A DNA stretch of 64,000 nt, taken from the NCBI GenBank assembly GCA_964057225.1, contig OZ059899.1, positions 744,001 through 808,000 of the forward strand, in the 5' to 3' direction. The DNA is from Auanema rhodensis. Lineage: Eukaryota; Animalia; Nematoda. Below are positions 45,407 to 56,830 of this stretch, one piece after another; the stretch's first letter is position 1; every line of letters begins with the position of its first letter. Both the position numbers and the translations under genes were made by a program. The notes below the pieces were generated by a model. It searched no databases. It had not been told where the DNA came from and saw only the letters and a list, made by a program, of their open reading frames with translations.

Positions 45407-48400
45407 TTCAATGTCATGGTTACCATGAACCAATATCAATAAAAATTTGTTTTTAGACTAATATGGACATGGGGAATCTAATTTTGAAAACCGCATCTCT
45501 TTATCTTTCACGTGAAGCGAGTTACATACCAAGTGCACATCACGTGTACATTTAATTAGCATAAATTAAAGTTCACGTAAATTTCAAAGTCATGGTTACC
45601 ATGAACCAATATCAATAAAATTTTGTTTTTAGACTAATATGGACATGGGGAATCTAATTTTGAAAACCGCATCTCTTTATCTTTCACGTGAGGCGAGTTA
45701 CATACCAAGTGCACATCACGTGTACATTTAATTAGCATAAATTAAAGTTCACGTAAATTTCAAAGTCATGGTTACCATGCACCAATATCAATAAAAATTT
45801 GTTTCTAGACTAATATGGACATGGGGAATCTAATTTTGGAAACCGCATCTCTTTATCTTTCACGTGAAGCGAGTTACATACCAAGTGCACATCACGTGTA
45901 CATTTAATTAGCATAAATTAAAGTTCACGTAAATTTCAAAGTCATGGTTACCATGAACCAATATCAATAAAAATTTGTTTTTAGACTAATATGGACATGG
46001 GGAATCTAATTTTGAAAACCGCATCTCTTTATCTTTCACGTGAAGCGAGTTACATACCATGTGCACATCACGTGTACATTTAATTAGCATAAATTAAAGT
46101 TCACGTAAATTTCAAAGTCATGGTTACCATGCACCAATATCAATAAAAATTTGTTTTTAGACTAATATGGACATGGGGAATCTAATTTTGAAAACCGCAT
46201 CTCTTTATCTTTAACGTGAAGCGAGTTACATACCAAGTGCACATCACGTGTACATTTAATTAGCATAAATTAAAGTTCACGTAAATTTCAAAGTCATGGT
46301 TACCATGCACCAATATCAATAAAAATTTGTTTTTAGACTAATATGGACATGGGGAATCTAATTTTGAAAACCGCATCTCTTTATCTTTCACGTGAGGCGA
46401 GTTACATACCAAGTGCACATCACGTGTACATTTAATTAGCATAAATTAAAGTTCACGTAAATTTCAAAGTCATGGTTACCATGCACCAATATCAATAAAA
46501 ATTTGTTTTTAGACTAATATGGACATGGGGAATCTAATTTTGAAAACCGCATCTCTTTATCTTTAACGTGAAGCGAGTTACATACCAAGTGCACATCACG
46601 TGTACATTTAATTAGCATAAATTAAAGTTCACGTAAATTTCAATGTCATGGTTACCATGAACCAATATCAATAAAAATGTGTTTTTAGACTAATATGGAC
46701 ATGGGGAATCTAATTTTGAAAACCGCATCTCTTTATCTTTCACGTGAAGCGAGTTACATACCAAGTGCACATCACGTGTACATTTAATTAGCATAAATTA
46801 AAGTTCACGTAAATTTCAAAGTCATGGTTACCATGAACCAATATCAATAAAAATTTGTTTTTAGACTAATATGGACATGGGGAATCTAATTTTGAAAACC
46901 GCATCTCTTTATCTTTCACGTGAGGCGAGTTACATACCAAGTGCACATCACGTGTACATTTAATTAGCATAAATTAAAGTTCACGTAAATTTCAAAGTCA
47001 TGGTTACCATGCACCAATATCAATAAAAATTTGTTTCTAGACTAATATGGACATGGGGAATCTAATTTTGGAAACCGCATCTCTTTATCTTTCACGTGAA
47101 GCGAGTTACATACCAAGTGCACATCACGTGTACATTTAATTAGCATAAATTAAAGTTCACGTAAATTTCAAAGTCATGGTTATCATGAACCAATATCAAT
47201 AAAAATTTGTTTTTAGACTAATATGGACATGGGGAATCTAATTTTGAAAACCGCATCTCTTTATCTTTCACGTGAAGCGAGTTACATACCATGTGCACAT
47301 CACGTGTACATTTAATTAGCATAAATTAAAGTTCACGTAAATTTCAAAGTCATGGTTACCATGCACCAATATCAATAAAAATTTGTTTTTAGACTAATAT
47401 GGACATGGGGAATCTAATTTTGAAAACCGCATCTCTTTATCTTTAACGTGAAGCGAGTTACATACCAAGTGCACATCACGTGTACATTTAATTAGCATAA
47501 ATTAAAGTTCACGTAAATTTCAAAGTCATGGTTACCATGCACCAATATCAATAAAAATTTGTTTTTAGACTAATATGGACATGGGGAATCTAATTTTGAA
47601 AACCGCATCTCTTTATCTTTCACGTGAGGCGAGTTACATACCAAGTGCACATCACGTGTACATTTAATTAGCATAAATTAAAGTTCACGTAAATTTCAAA
47701 GTCATGGTTACCATGCACCAATATCAATAAAAATTTGTTTTTAGACTAATATGGACATGGGGAATCTAATTTTGAAAACCGCATCTCTTTATCTTTAACG
47801 TGAAGCGAGTTACATACCAAGTGCACATCACGTGTACATTTAATTAGCATAAATTAAAGTTCACGTAAATTTCAAAGTCATGGTTACCATGAACCAATAT
47901 CAATAAAAATTTGTTTTTAGACTAATATGGACATGGGGAATCTAATTTTGAAAACCGCATCTCTTTATCTTTCACGTGAAGCGAGTTACATACCATGTGC
48001 ACATCACGTGTACATTTAATTAGCATAAATTAAAGTTCACGTAAATTTCAAAGTCATGGTTACCATGCACCAATATCAATAAAAATTTGTTTTTAGACTA
48101 ATATGGACATGGGGAATCTAATTTTGAAAACCGCATCTCTTTATCTTTAACGTGAAGCGAGTTACATACCAAGTGCACATCACGTGTACATTTAATTAGC
48201 ATAAATTAAAGTTCACGTAAATTTCAATGTCATGGTTACCATGAACCAATATCAATAAAAATGTGTTTTTAGACTAATATGGACATGGGGAATCTAATTT
48301 TGAAAACCGCATCTCTTTATCTTTCACGTGAAGCGAGTTACATACCAAGTGCACATCACGTGTACATTTAATTAGCATAAATTAAAGTTCACGTAAATTT

Positions 48401-49800
48401 CAAAGTCATGGTTACCATGAACCAATATCAATAAAAATTTGTTTTTAGACTAATATGGACATGGGGAATCTAATTTTGAAAACCGCATCTCTTTATCTTT
48501 CACGTGAGGCGAGTTACATACCAAGTGCACATCACGTGTACATTTAATTAGCATAAATTAAAGTTCACGTAAATTTCAAAGTCATGGTTACCATGCACCA
48601 ATATCAATAAAAATTTGTTTCTAGACTAATATGGACATGGGGAATCTAATTTTGGAAACCGCATCTCTTTATCTTTCACGTGAAGCGAGTTACATACCAA
48701 GTGCACATCACGTGTACATTTAATTAGCATAAATTAAAGTTCACGTAAATTTCAAAGTCATGGTTACCATGAACCAATATCAATAAAAATTTGTTTTTAG
48801 ACTAATATGGACATGGGGAATCTAATTTTGAAAACCGCATCTCTTTATCTTTCACGTGAAGCGAGTTACATACCATGTGCACATCACGTGTACATTTAAT
48901 TAGCATAAATTAAAGTTCACGTAAATTTCAAAGTCATGGTTACCATGCACCAATATCAATAAAAATTTGTTTTTAGACTAATATGGACATGGGGAATCTA
49001 ATTTTGAAAACCGCATCTCTTTATCTTTAACGTGAAGCGAGTTACATACCAAGTGCACATCACGTGTACATTTAATTAGCATAAATTAAAGTTCACGTAA
49101 ATTTCAAAGTCATGGTTACCATGCACCAATATCAATAAAAATTTGTTTTTAGACTAATATGGACATGGGGAATCTAATTTTGAAAACCGCATCTCTTTAT
49201 CTTTCACGTGAGGCGAGTTACATACCAAGTGCACATCACGTGTACATTTAATTAGCATAAATTAAAGTTCACGTAAATTTCAAAGTCATGGTTACCATGC
49301 ACCAATATCAATAAAAATTTGTTTTTAGACTAATATGGACATGGGGAATCTAATTTTGAAAACCGCATCTCTTTATCTTTAACGTGAAGCGAGTTACATA
49401 CCAAGTGCACATCACGTGTACATTTAATTAGCATAAATTAAAGTTCACGTAAATTTCAAAGTCATGGTTACCATGAACCAATATCAATAAAAATTTGTTT
49501 TTAGACTAATATGGACATGGGGAATCTAATTTTGAAAACCGCATCTCTTTATCTTTCACGTGAAGCGAGTTACATACCATGTGCACATCACGTGTACATT
49601 TAATTAGCATAAATTAAAGTTCACGTAAATTTCAAAGTCATGGTTACCATGCACCAATATCAATAAAAATTTGTTTTTAGACTAATATGGAAATGGGGAA
49701 TCTAATTTTGAAAACCGCATCTCTTTATCTTTAACGTGAAGCGAGTTACATACCAAGTGCACATCACGTGTACATTTAATTAGCATAAATTAAAGTTCAC
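45407..49800 (+). repeat. Local 7-mer/9-mer higher-order repeat domain
   Basis: The TTCAATGTCA variant lies at 45407, 46639 and 48223 (1232 = 7x176, 1584 = 9x176). Each is followed by the same GAGGCG and TTTCTAG/TTGGAAA monomers. Confidence 0.85.
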
Positions 49801-50904
49801 GTAAATTTCAAAGTCATGGTTACCATGCACCAATATCAATAAAAATTGGTTTTTAGACTAATATGGACATGGGGAATCTAATTTTGAAAACCGCATCTCT
49901 TTATCTTTCACGTGAAGCGAGTTACATACCAAGTGCACATCACGTGTACATTTAATTAGCATAAATTAAAGTTCACGTAAATTTCAAAGTCATGGTTACC
50001 ATGAACCAATATCAATAAAAATTTGTTTTCAGACTAATATGGACATGGGGAATCTAATTTTGAAAACCGCATCTCTTTATCTTTCACGTGAAGCGAGTTA
50101 CATACCATGTGCACATCACGTGTACATTAAATTAGCATGAATTAAAGTTCACGTAAATTTCAAAGTCATGGTTACCATGAACCAATATCAATAAAAATTT
50201 GTTTTTAGACTAATATGGACATGGGTAATCTAATTTTGAAAACCGCATCTCTTTATCTTTCACGTGAAGCGAGTTACATACCAAGTTCACATCACGTGTA
50301 CATTTAATTAGCATAAATTAAAGTTCACGTAAATTTCAAAGTCATGGTTACCATGCACCAATATCAATAAAAATTTGTTTTTAAACTAATATGGACATGG
50401 GGAATCTGATTTTGAAAACCGCATCTCTTTATCTTTTACGTGAAGCGAGTTACATACCAAGTGCACATCACGTGTACATTTAATTAGCATAATTTAAAGT
50501 TCACGTAAATTTCAAAGTCATGGTTACCATGCACCAATATCAATAAAAATTTGTTTTCAGACTAATATGGACATGGGGAATCTAATTTTGAAAACCGCAT
50601 CTCTTTATCTTTCACGTGAAGCGAGTTACATACCATGTGCACATCACGTGTACATTTAATTAGCATAAATTAAAGTTCACGTAAATTTCAAAGTCATGGT
50701 TACCATGCACCAATATCAATAAAAATTTGTTTTCAGACTAATATGGACATGGGGAATCTAATTTTGAAAACCGCATCTCTTTATCTTTCACGTGAAGCGA
50801 GTTACATACCATGTGCACATCACGTGTACATTTAATTAGCATGAATTAAAGTTCACGTAAATTTCAAAGTCATGGTTACCATGAACCAATATCAATAAAA
50901 ATTT

Positions 50905-50952
50905 GTTTTTAGACTAATATGGACATGGGTTTTTAGACTAATATGGACATGG
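50905..50952 (+). repeat. 24-bp tandem duplication inside one monomer
   Basis: GTTTTTAGACTAATATGGACATGG occurs at 50905-50928 and 50929-50952, followed by GT. Confidence 0.95.
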
Positions 50953-51100
50953 GTAATCTAATTTTGAAAACCGCATCTCTTTATCTTTCACGTGAAGCGA
51001 GTTACATACCAAGTTCACATCACGTGTACATTTAATTAGCATAAATTAAAGTTCACGTAAATTTCAAAGTCATGGTTACCATGCACCAATATCAATAAAA

Positions 51101-51106
51101 AGTTGT
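51101..51106. other. Orientation-switch (inversion) junction in the 176-bp array
   Basis: ...ATCAATAAAAAgTTGT (forward monomer to position 44, with one mismatch at position 40) overlaps GTGATGTGCAC (reverse monomer from position 137) by GT or TGT. Confidence 0.95.
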
Positions 51107-54100
51107 GATGTGCACTTGGTATGTAACTCGCTTCACGTGAAAGATAAAGAGATGCGGTTTTCAAAATTAGATTCCCCATGTCCATATTAGTCTAAAAACA
51201 AATTTTTATTGATATTGGTTCATGGTAACCATGACTTTGAAATTTACGTGAACTTTAATTTATGCTAATTAAATGTACACGTGATGTGCACTTGGTATGT
51301 AACTCGCTTCACGTTAAAGATAAAGAGATGCGGTTTTCAAAATTAGATTCCCCATGTCCATATTAGTCTAAAAACAAATTTTTATTGATATTGGTTCATG
51401 GTAACCATGACTTTGAAATTTACGTGAACTTTAATTTATGCTAATTAAATGTACACGTGATGTGCACTTGGTATGTAACTCGCTTCACGTTAAAGATAAA
51501 AAGATGCGGTTTTCAAAATTAGATTCCCCATGTCCATATTAGTCTAAAAACAAATTTTTATTGATATTGGTGCATGGTAACCATGACTTTGAAATTTACG
51601 TGAACTTTAATTTATGCTAATTAAATGTACATGTGATGTGCACTTGGTATGTAACTCGCTTCACGTGAAAGATAAAGAGATGCGGTTTTCAAAATTAGAT
51701 TCCCCATGTCCATATTAGTCTAAAAACAAATTTTTATTGATATTGGTGCATGGTAACCATGACTTTGAAATTTACGTGAACTTTAATTTATGCTAATTAA
51801 ATGTACACGTGATGTGCACTTGGTATGTAACTCGCTTCACGTAAAAGATAAAGAGATGCGGTTTTCAAAATTAGATTCCCCATGTCCATATTAGTCTAAA
51901 AACAAATTTTTATTGATATTGGTGCATGGTAACCATGACTTTGAAATTTACGTGAACTTTAATTCATGCTAATTAAATGTACACGTGATGTGAACTTGGT
52001 ATGTAACTCGCTTCACGTGAAAGATAAAGAGATGCGGTTTTCAAAATTAGATTACCCATGTCCATATTAGTCTAAAAACAAATTTTTATTGATATTGGTG
52101 CATGGTAACCATGACTTTGAAATTTACGTGAACTTTAATTCATGCTAATTAAATGTACACGTGATGTGCACATGGTATGTAACTCGCTTCACGTTAAAGA
52201 TAAAAAGATGCGGTTTTCAAAATTAGATTCCCCATGTCCATATTAGTCTAAAAACAAATTTTTATTGATATTGGTGCATGGTAACCATGACTTTGAAATT
52301 TACGTGAACTTTAATTTATGCTAATTAAATGTACATGTGATGTGCACTTGGTATGTAACTCGCTTCACGTTAAAGATAAAAAGATGCGGTTTTCAAAATT
52401 AGATTCCCCATGTCCATATTAGTCTAAAAACAAATTTTTATTGATATTGGTGCATGGTAACCATGACTTTGAAATTTACGTGAACTTTAATTTATGCTAA
52501 TTAAATGTACATGTGATGTGCACTTGGTATGTAACTTGCTTCACGTGAAAGATAAAGAGATGCGGTTTTCAAAATTAGATTCCCCATGTCCATATTAGTC
52601 TAAAAACAAATTTTTATTGATATTGGTGCATGGTAACCATGACTTTGAAATTTACGTGAACTTTAATTTATGCTAATTAAATGTACACGTGATGTGCACT
52701 TGGTATGTAACTCGCTTCACGTAAAAGATAAAGAGATGCGGTTTTCAAAATTAGATTCCCCATGTCCATATTAGTCTAAAAACAAATTTTTATTGATATT
52801 GGTGCATGGTAACCATGACTTTGAAATTTACGTGAACTTTAATTCATGCTAATTAAATGTACACGTGATGTGAACTTGGTATGTAACTCGCTTCACGTGA
52901 AAGATGAAGAGATGCGGTTTTCAAAATTAGATTACCCATGTCCATATTAGTCTAAAAACAAATTTTTATTGATATTGGTGCATGGTAACCATGACTTTGA
53001 AATTTACGTGAACTTTAATTCATGCTAATTAAATGTACACGTGATGTGCACATGGTATGTAACTCGCTTCACGTTAAAGATAAAAAGATGCGGTTTTCAA
53101 AATTAGATTCCCCATGTCCATATTAGTCTAAAAACAAATTTTTATTGATATTGGTGCATGGTAACCATGACTTTGAAATTTACGTGAACTTTAATTTATG
53201 CTAATTAAATGTACATGTGATGTGCACTTGGTATGTAACTCGCTTCACGTTAAAGATAAAAAGATGCGGTTTTCAAAATTAGATTCCCCATGTCCATATT
53301 AGTCTAAAAACAAATTTTTATTGATATTGGTGCATGGTAACCATGACTTTGAAATTTACGTGAACTTTAATTTATGCTAATTAAATGTACATGTGATGTG
53401 CACTTGGTATGTAACTCGCTTCACGTGAAAGATAAAGAGATGCGGTTTTCAAAATTAGATTCCCCATGTCCATATTAGTCTAAAAACAAATTTTTATTGA
53501 TATTGGTGCATGGTAACCATGACTTTGAAATTTACGTGAACTTTAATTTATGCTAATTAAATGTACACGTGATGTGCACTTGGTATGTAACTCGCTTCAC
53601 GTTAAAGATAAAGAGATGCGGTTTTCAAAATTAGATTCCCCATGTCCATATTAGTCTAAAAACAAATTTTTATTGATATTGGTGCATGGTAACCATGACT
53701 TTGAAATTTACGTGAACTTTAATTTATGCTAATTAAATGTACACGTGATGTGCACTTGGTATGTAACTCGCTTCACGTGAAAGATAAAGAGATGCGGTTT
53801 TCAAAATTAGATTCCCCATGTTCATATTAGTCTAAAAACAAATTTTTATTGATATTGGTTCATGGTAACCATGACTTTGAAATTTACGTGAACTTTAATT
53901 TATGCTAATTAAATGTACACGTGATGTGCACTTGGTATGTAACTCGCTTCACGTTAAAGATAAAAAGATGCGGTTTTCAAAATTAGATTCCCCATGTCCA
54001 TATTAGTCTAAAAACAAATTTTTATTGATATTGGTGCATGGTAACCATGACTTTGAAATTTACGTGAACTTTAATTTATGCTAATTAAATGTACATGTGA

Positions 54101-56830
54101 TGTGCACTTGGTATGTAACTCGCTTCACGTGAAAGATAAAGAGATGCGGTTTACAAAATTAGATTCCCCATGTCCATATTAGTCTAAAAACAAATTTTTA
54201 TTGATATTGGTGCATGGTAACCATGACTTTGAAATTTACGTGAACTTTAATTTATGCTAATTAAATGTACACGTGATGTGCACTTGGTATGTAACTCGCT
54301 TCACGTAAAAGATAAAGAGATGCGGTTTTCAAAATTAGATTCCCCATGTCCATATTAGTCTAAAAACAAATTTTTATTGATATTGGTGCATGGTAACCAT
54401 GACTTTGAAATTTACGTGAACTTTAATTCATGCTAATTAAATGTACACGTGATGTGAACTTGGTATGTAACTCGCTTCACGTGAAAGATAAAGAGATGCG
54501 GTTTTCAAAATTAGATTACCCATGTCCATATTAGTCTAAAAACAAATTTTTATTGATATTGGTTCATGGTAACCATGACTTTGAAATTTACGTGAACTTT
54601 AATTCATGCTAATTAAATGTACACGTGATGTGCACATGGTATGTAACTCGCTTCACGTTAAAGATAAAAAGATGCGGTTTTCAAAATTAGATTCCCCATG
54701 TCCATATTAGTCTAAAAACAAATTTTTATTGATATTGGTGCATGGTAACCATGACTTTGAAATTTACGTGAACTTTAATTTATGCTAATTAAATGTACAT
54801 GTGATGTGCACTTGGTATGTAACTCGCTTCACGTGAAAGATAAAGAGATGCGGTTTTCAAAATTAGATTCCCCATGTCCATATTAGTCTAAAAACAAATT
54901 TTTATTGATATTGGTGCATGGTAACCATGACTTTGAAATTTACGTGAACTTTAATTTATGCTAATTAAATGTACACGTGATGTGCACTTGGTATGTAACT
55001 CGCTTCACGTAAAAGATAAAGAGATGCGGTTTTCAAAATTAGATTCCCCATGTCCATATTAGTCTAAAAACAAATTTTTATTGATATTGGTGCATGGTAA
55101 CCATGACTTTGAAATTTACGTGAACTTTAATTCATGCTAATTAAATGTACACGTGATGTGAACTTGGTATGTAACTCGCTTCACGTGAAAGATAAAGAGA
55201 TGCGGTTTTCAAAATTAGATTACCCATGTCCATACTAGTCTAAAAACAAATTTTTATTGATATTGGTTCATGGTAACCATGACTTTGAAATTTACGTGAA
55301 CTTTAATTCATGCTAATTAAATGTACACGTGATGTGCACATGGTATGTAACTCGCTTCACGTGAAAGATAAAGAGATGCGGTTTTCAAAATTAGATTCCC
55401 CATGTCCATATTAGTCTGAAAACAAATTTTTATTGATATTGGTTCATGGTAACCATGACTTTGAAATTTACGTGAACTTTAATTTATGCTAATTAAATGT
55501 ACACGTGATGTGCACTTGGTATGTAACTCGCTTCACGTGAAAGATAAAGAGATGCGGTTTTCAAAATTAGATTCCCCATGTCCATATTAGTCTAAAAACA
55601 AATTTTTATTGATATTGGTTCATGGTAACCATGACTTTGAAATTTACGTGAACTTTAATTTATGCTAATTAAATGTACACGTGATGTGCACTTGGTATGT
55701 AACTCGCTTCATGTGAAAGATAAAGAGATGCGGTTTTCAAAATTAGTTTCCCCATGTCCATATTAGTCTAAAAACAAATTTTTATTGATATTAGTTCATG
55801 GTAACCATGACTTTGAAATTTACGTGAACTTTAATTCATGCTAATTAAATGTACACGTGATGTGCACTTGGTATGTAACTCGCTTCACGTGAGAGATAAA
55901 GAGATGCGGTTTTCAAAATTAGATTCCCCATGTCCATATTAGTCTAAAAACAAATTTTTATTGATATTGGTGCATGGTAACCATGACTTTGAAATTTACG
56001 TGAACTTTAATTTATGCTAATTAAATGTACACGTGATGTGCACTTGGTATGTAACTCGCTTCACGTGAGAGATAAAGAGATGCGGTTTTCAAAATTAGAT
56101 TCCCCATGTCCATATTAGTCTAAAAACAAATTTTTATTGATATTGGTGCATGGTAACCATGACTTTGAAATTTACGTGAACTTTAATTTATGCTAATTAA
56201 ATGTACACGTGATGTGCACTTGGTCTGTAACTCGCTTCACGTAAAAGATAAAGAGATGCGGTTTTCAAAATTAGATTCCCCATGTCCATATTAGTCTAAA
56301 AACAAATTTTTATTGATATTGGTGCATGGTAACCATGACTTTGAAATTTACGTGAACTTTAATTTATGCTAATTAAATGTACACGTGATGTGCACTTGGT
56401 ATGTAACTCGCTTCACGTGAAAGATAAAGAGATGCGGTTTTCAAAATTAGATTCCACATGTCCATATTAGTCTAAAAACAAATTTTTATTGATATTGGTT
56501 CATGGTAACCATGACTTTGAAATTTACGTGAACTTTAATTCATGCTAATTAAATGTACACGTGATGTGCACATGGTATGTAACTCGCTTCACGTGAAAGA
56601 TAAAGAGATGCGGTTTTCAAAATTAGATTCCCCATGTCCATATTAGTCTAAAAACAAATTTTTATTGATATTGGTTCATGGTAACCATGACTTTGATATT
56701 TACGTGAACTTTAATTTATGCTAATTAAATGTACACGTGATGTGCACTTGGTATGTAACTCGCTTCACGTTAAAGATAAAAAGATGCGGTTTTCAAAATT
56801 AGATTCCTCATGTCCATATTAGTCTAAGAA
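51105..56830 (-). repeat. Same 176-bp satellite in inverted orientation, about 32.5 monomers
   Basis: From 51105 the sequence reads GTGATGTGCACTTGGTATGTAACTCGC..., the reverse complement of the monomer from position 137 downward. Length 5726 = 137 + 31x176 + 133, so there is no net indel. Confidence 0.99.
56828..56830. other. Direct junction between the 176-bp and 351-bp satellites
   Basis: AGTCTAA-GAA-AAATTTCAAAATAA. The GAA belongs both to the reversed TTCTT-variant 176 monomer and to the 351 unit. No intervening sequence. Confidence 0.95.

Larger units (their letters stand above)
1..51104 (+). repeat. 176-bp AT-rich tandem satellite array, about 290 monomers, running off the left edge of the window
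   Basis: TTCAAAGTCATGGTTACCATG recurs at 1, 177, 353 ... 881. The last partial monomer starts at 51063 (= 1 + 290x176 - 2 + 24). Copies differ by only a few substitutions. Monomer 1 has 57/176 G+C. Strand assignment is arbitrary. Confidence 0.99.

Noticed and set aside
51095-51115. Fold-back or chimeric-read palindrome artefact at the strand switch
   Set aside because: The two sides break at different monomer positions (44 versus 137), and their variant strings are not mirror images.
1-56830. Identity with known ~176-bp satellites (Brassica CentBr, Arabidopsis CEN178, alpha satellite, honeybee AluI)
   Set aside because: Only the length matches. I see no similarity to the plant or primate sequences I recall, and the consensus lacks an AGCT site (it appears only as a variant). 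A database search is needed.
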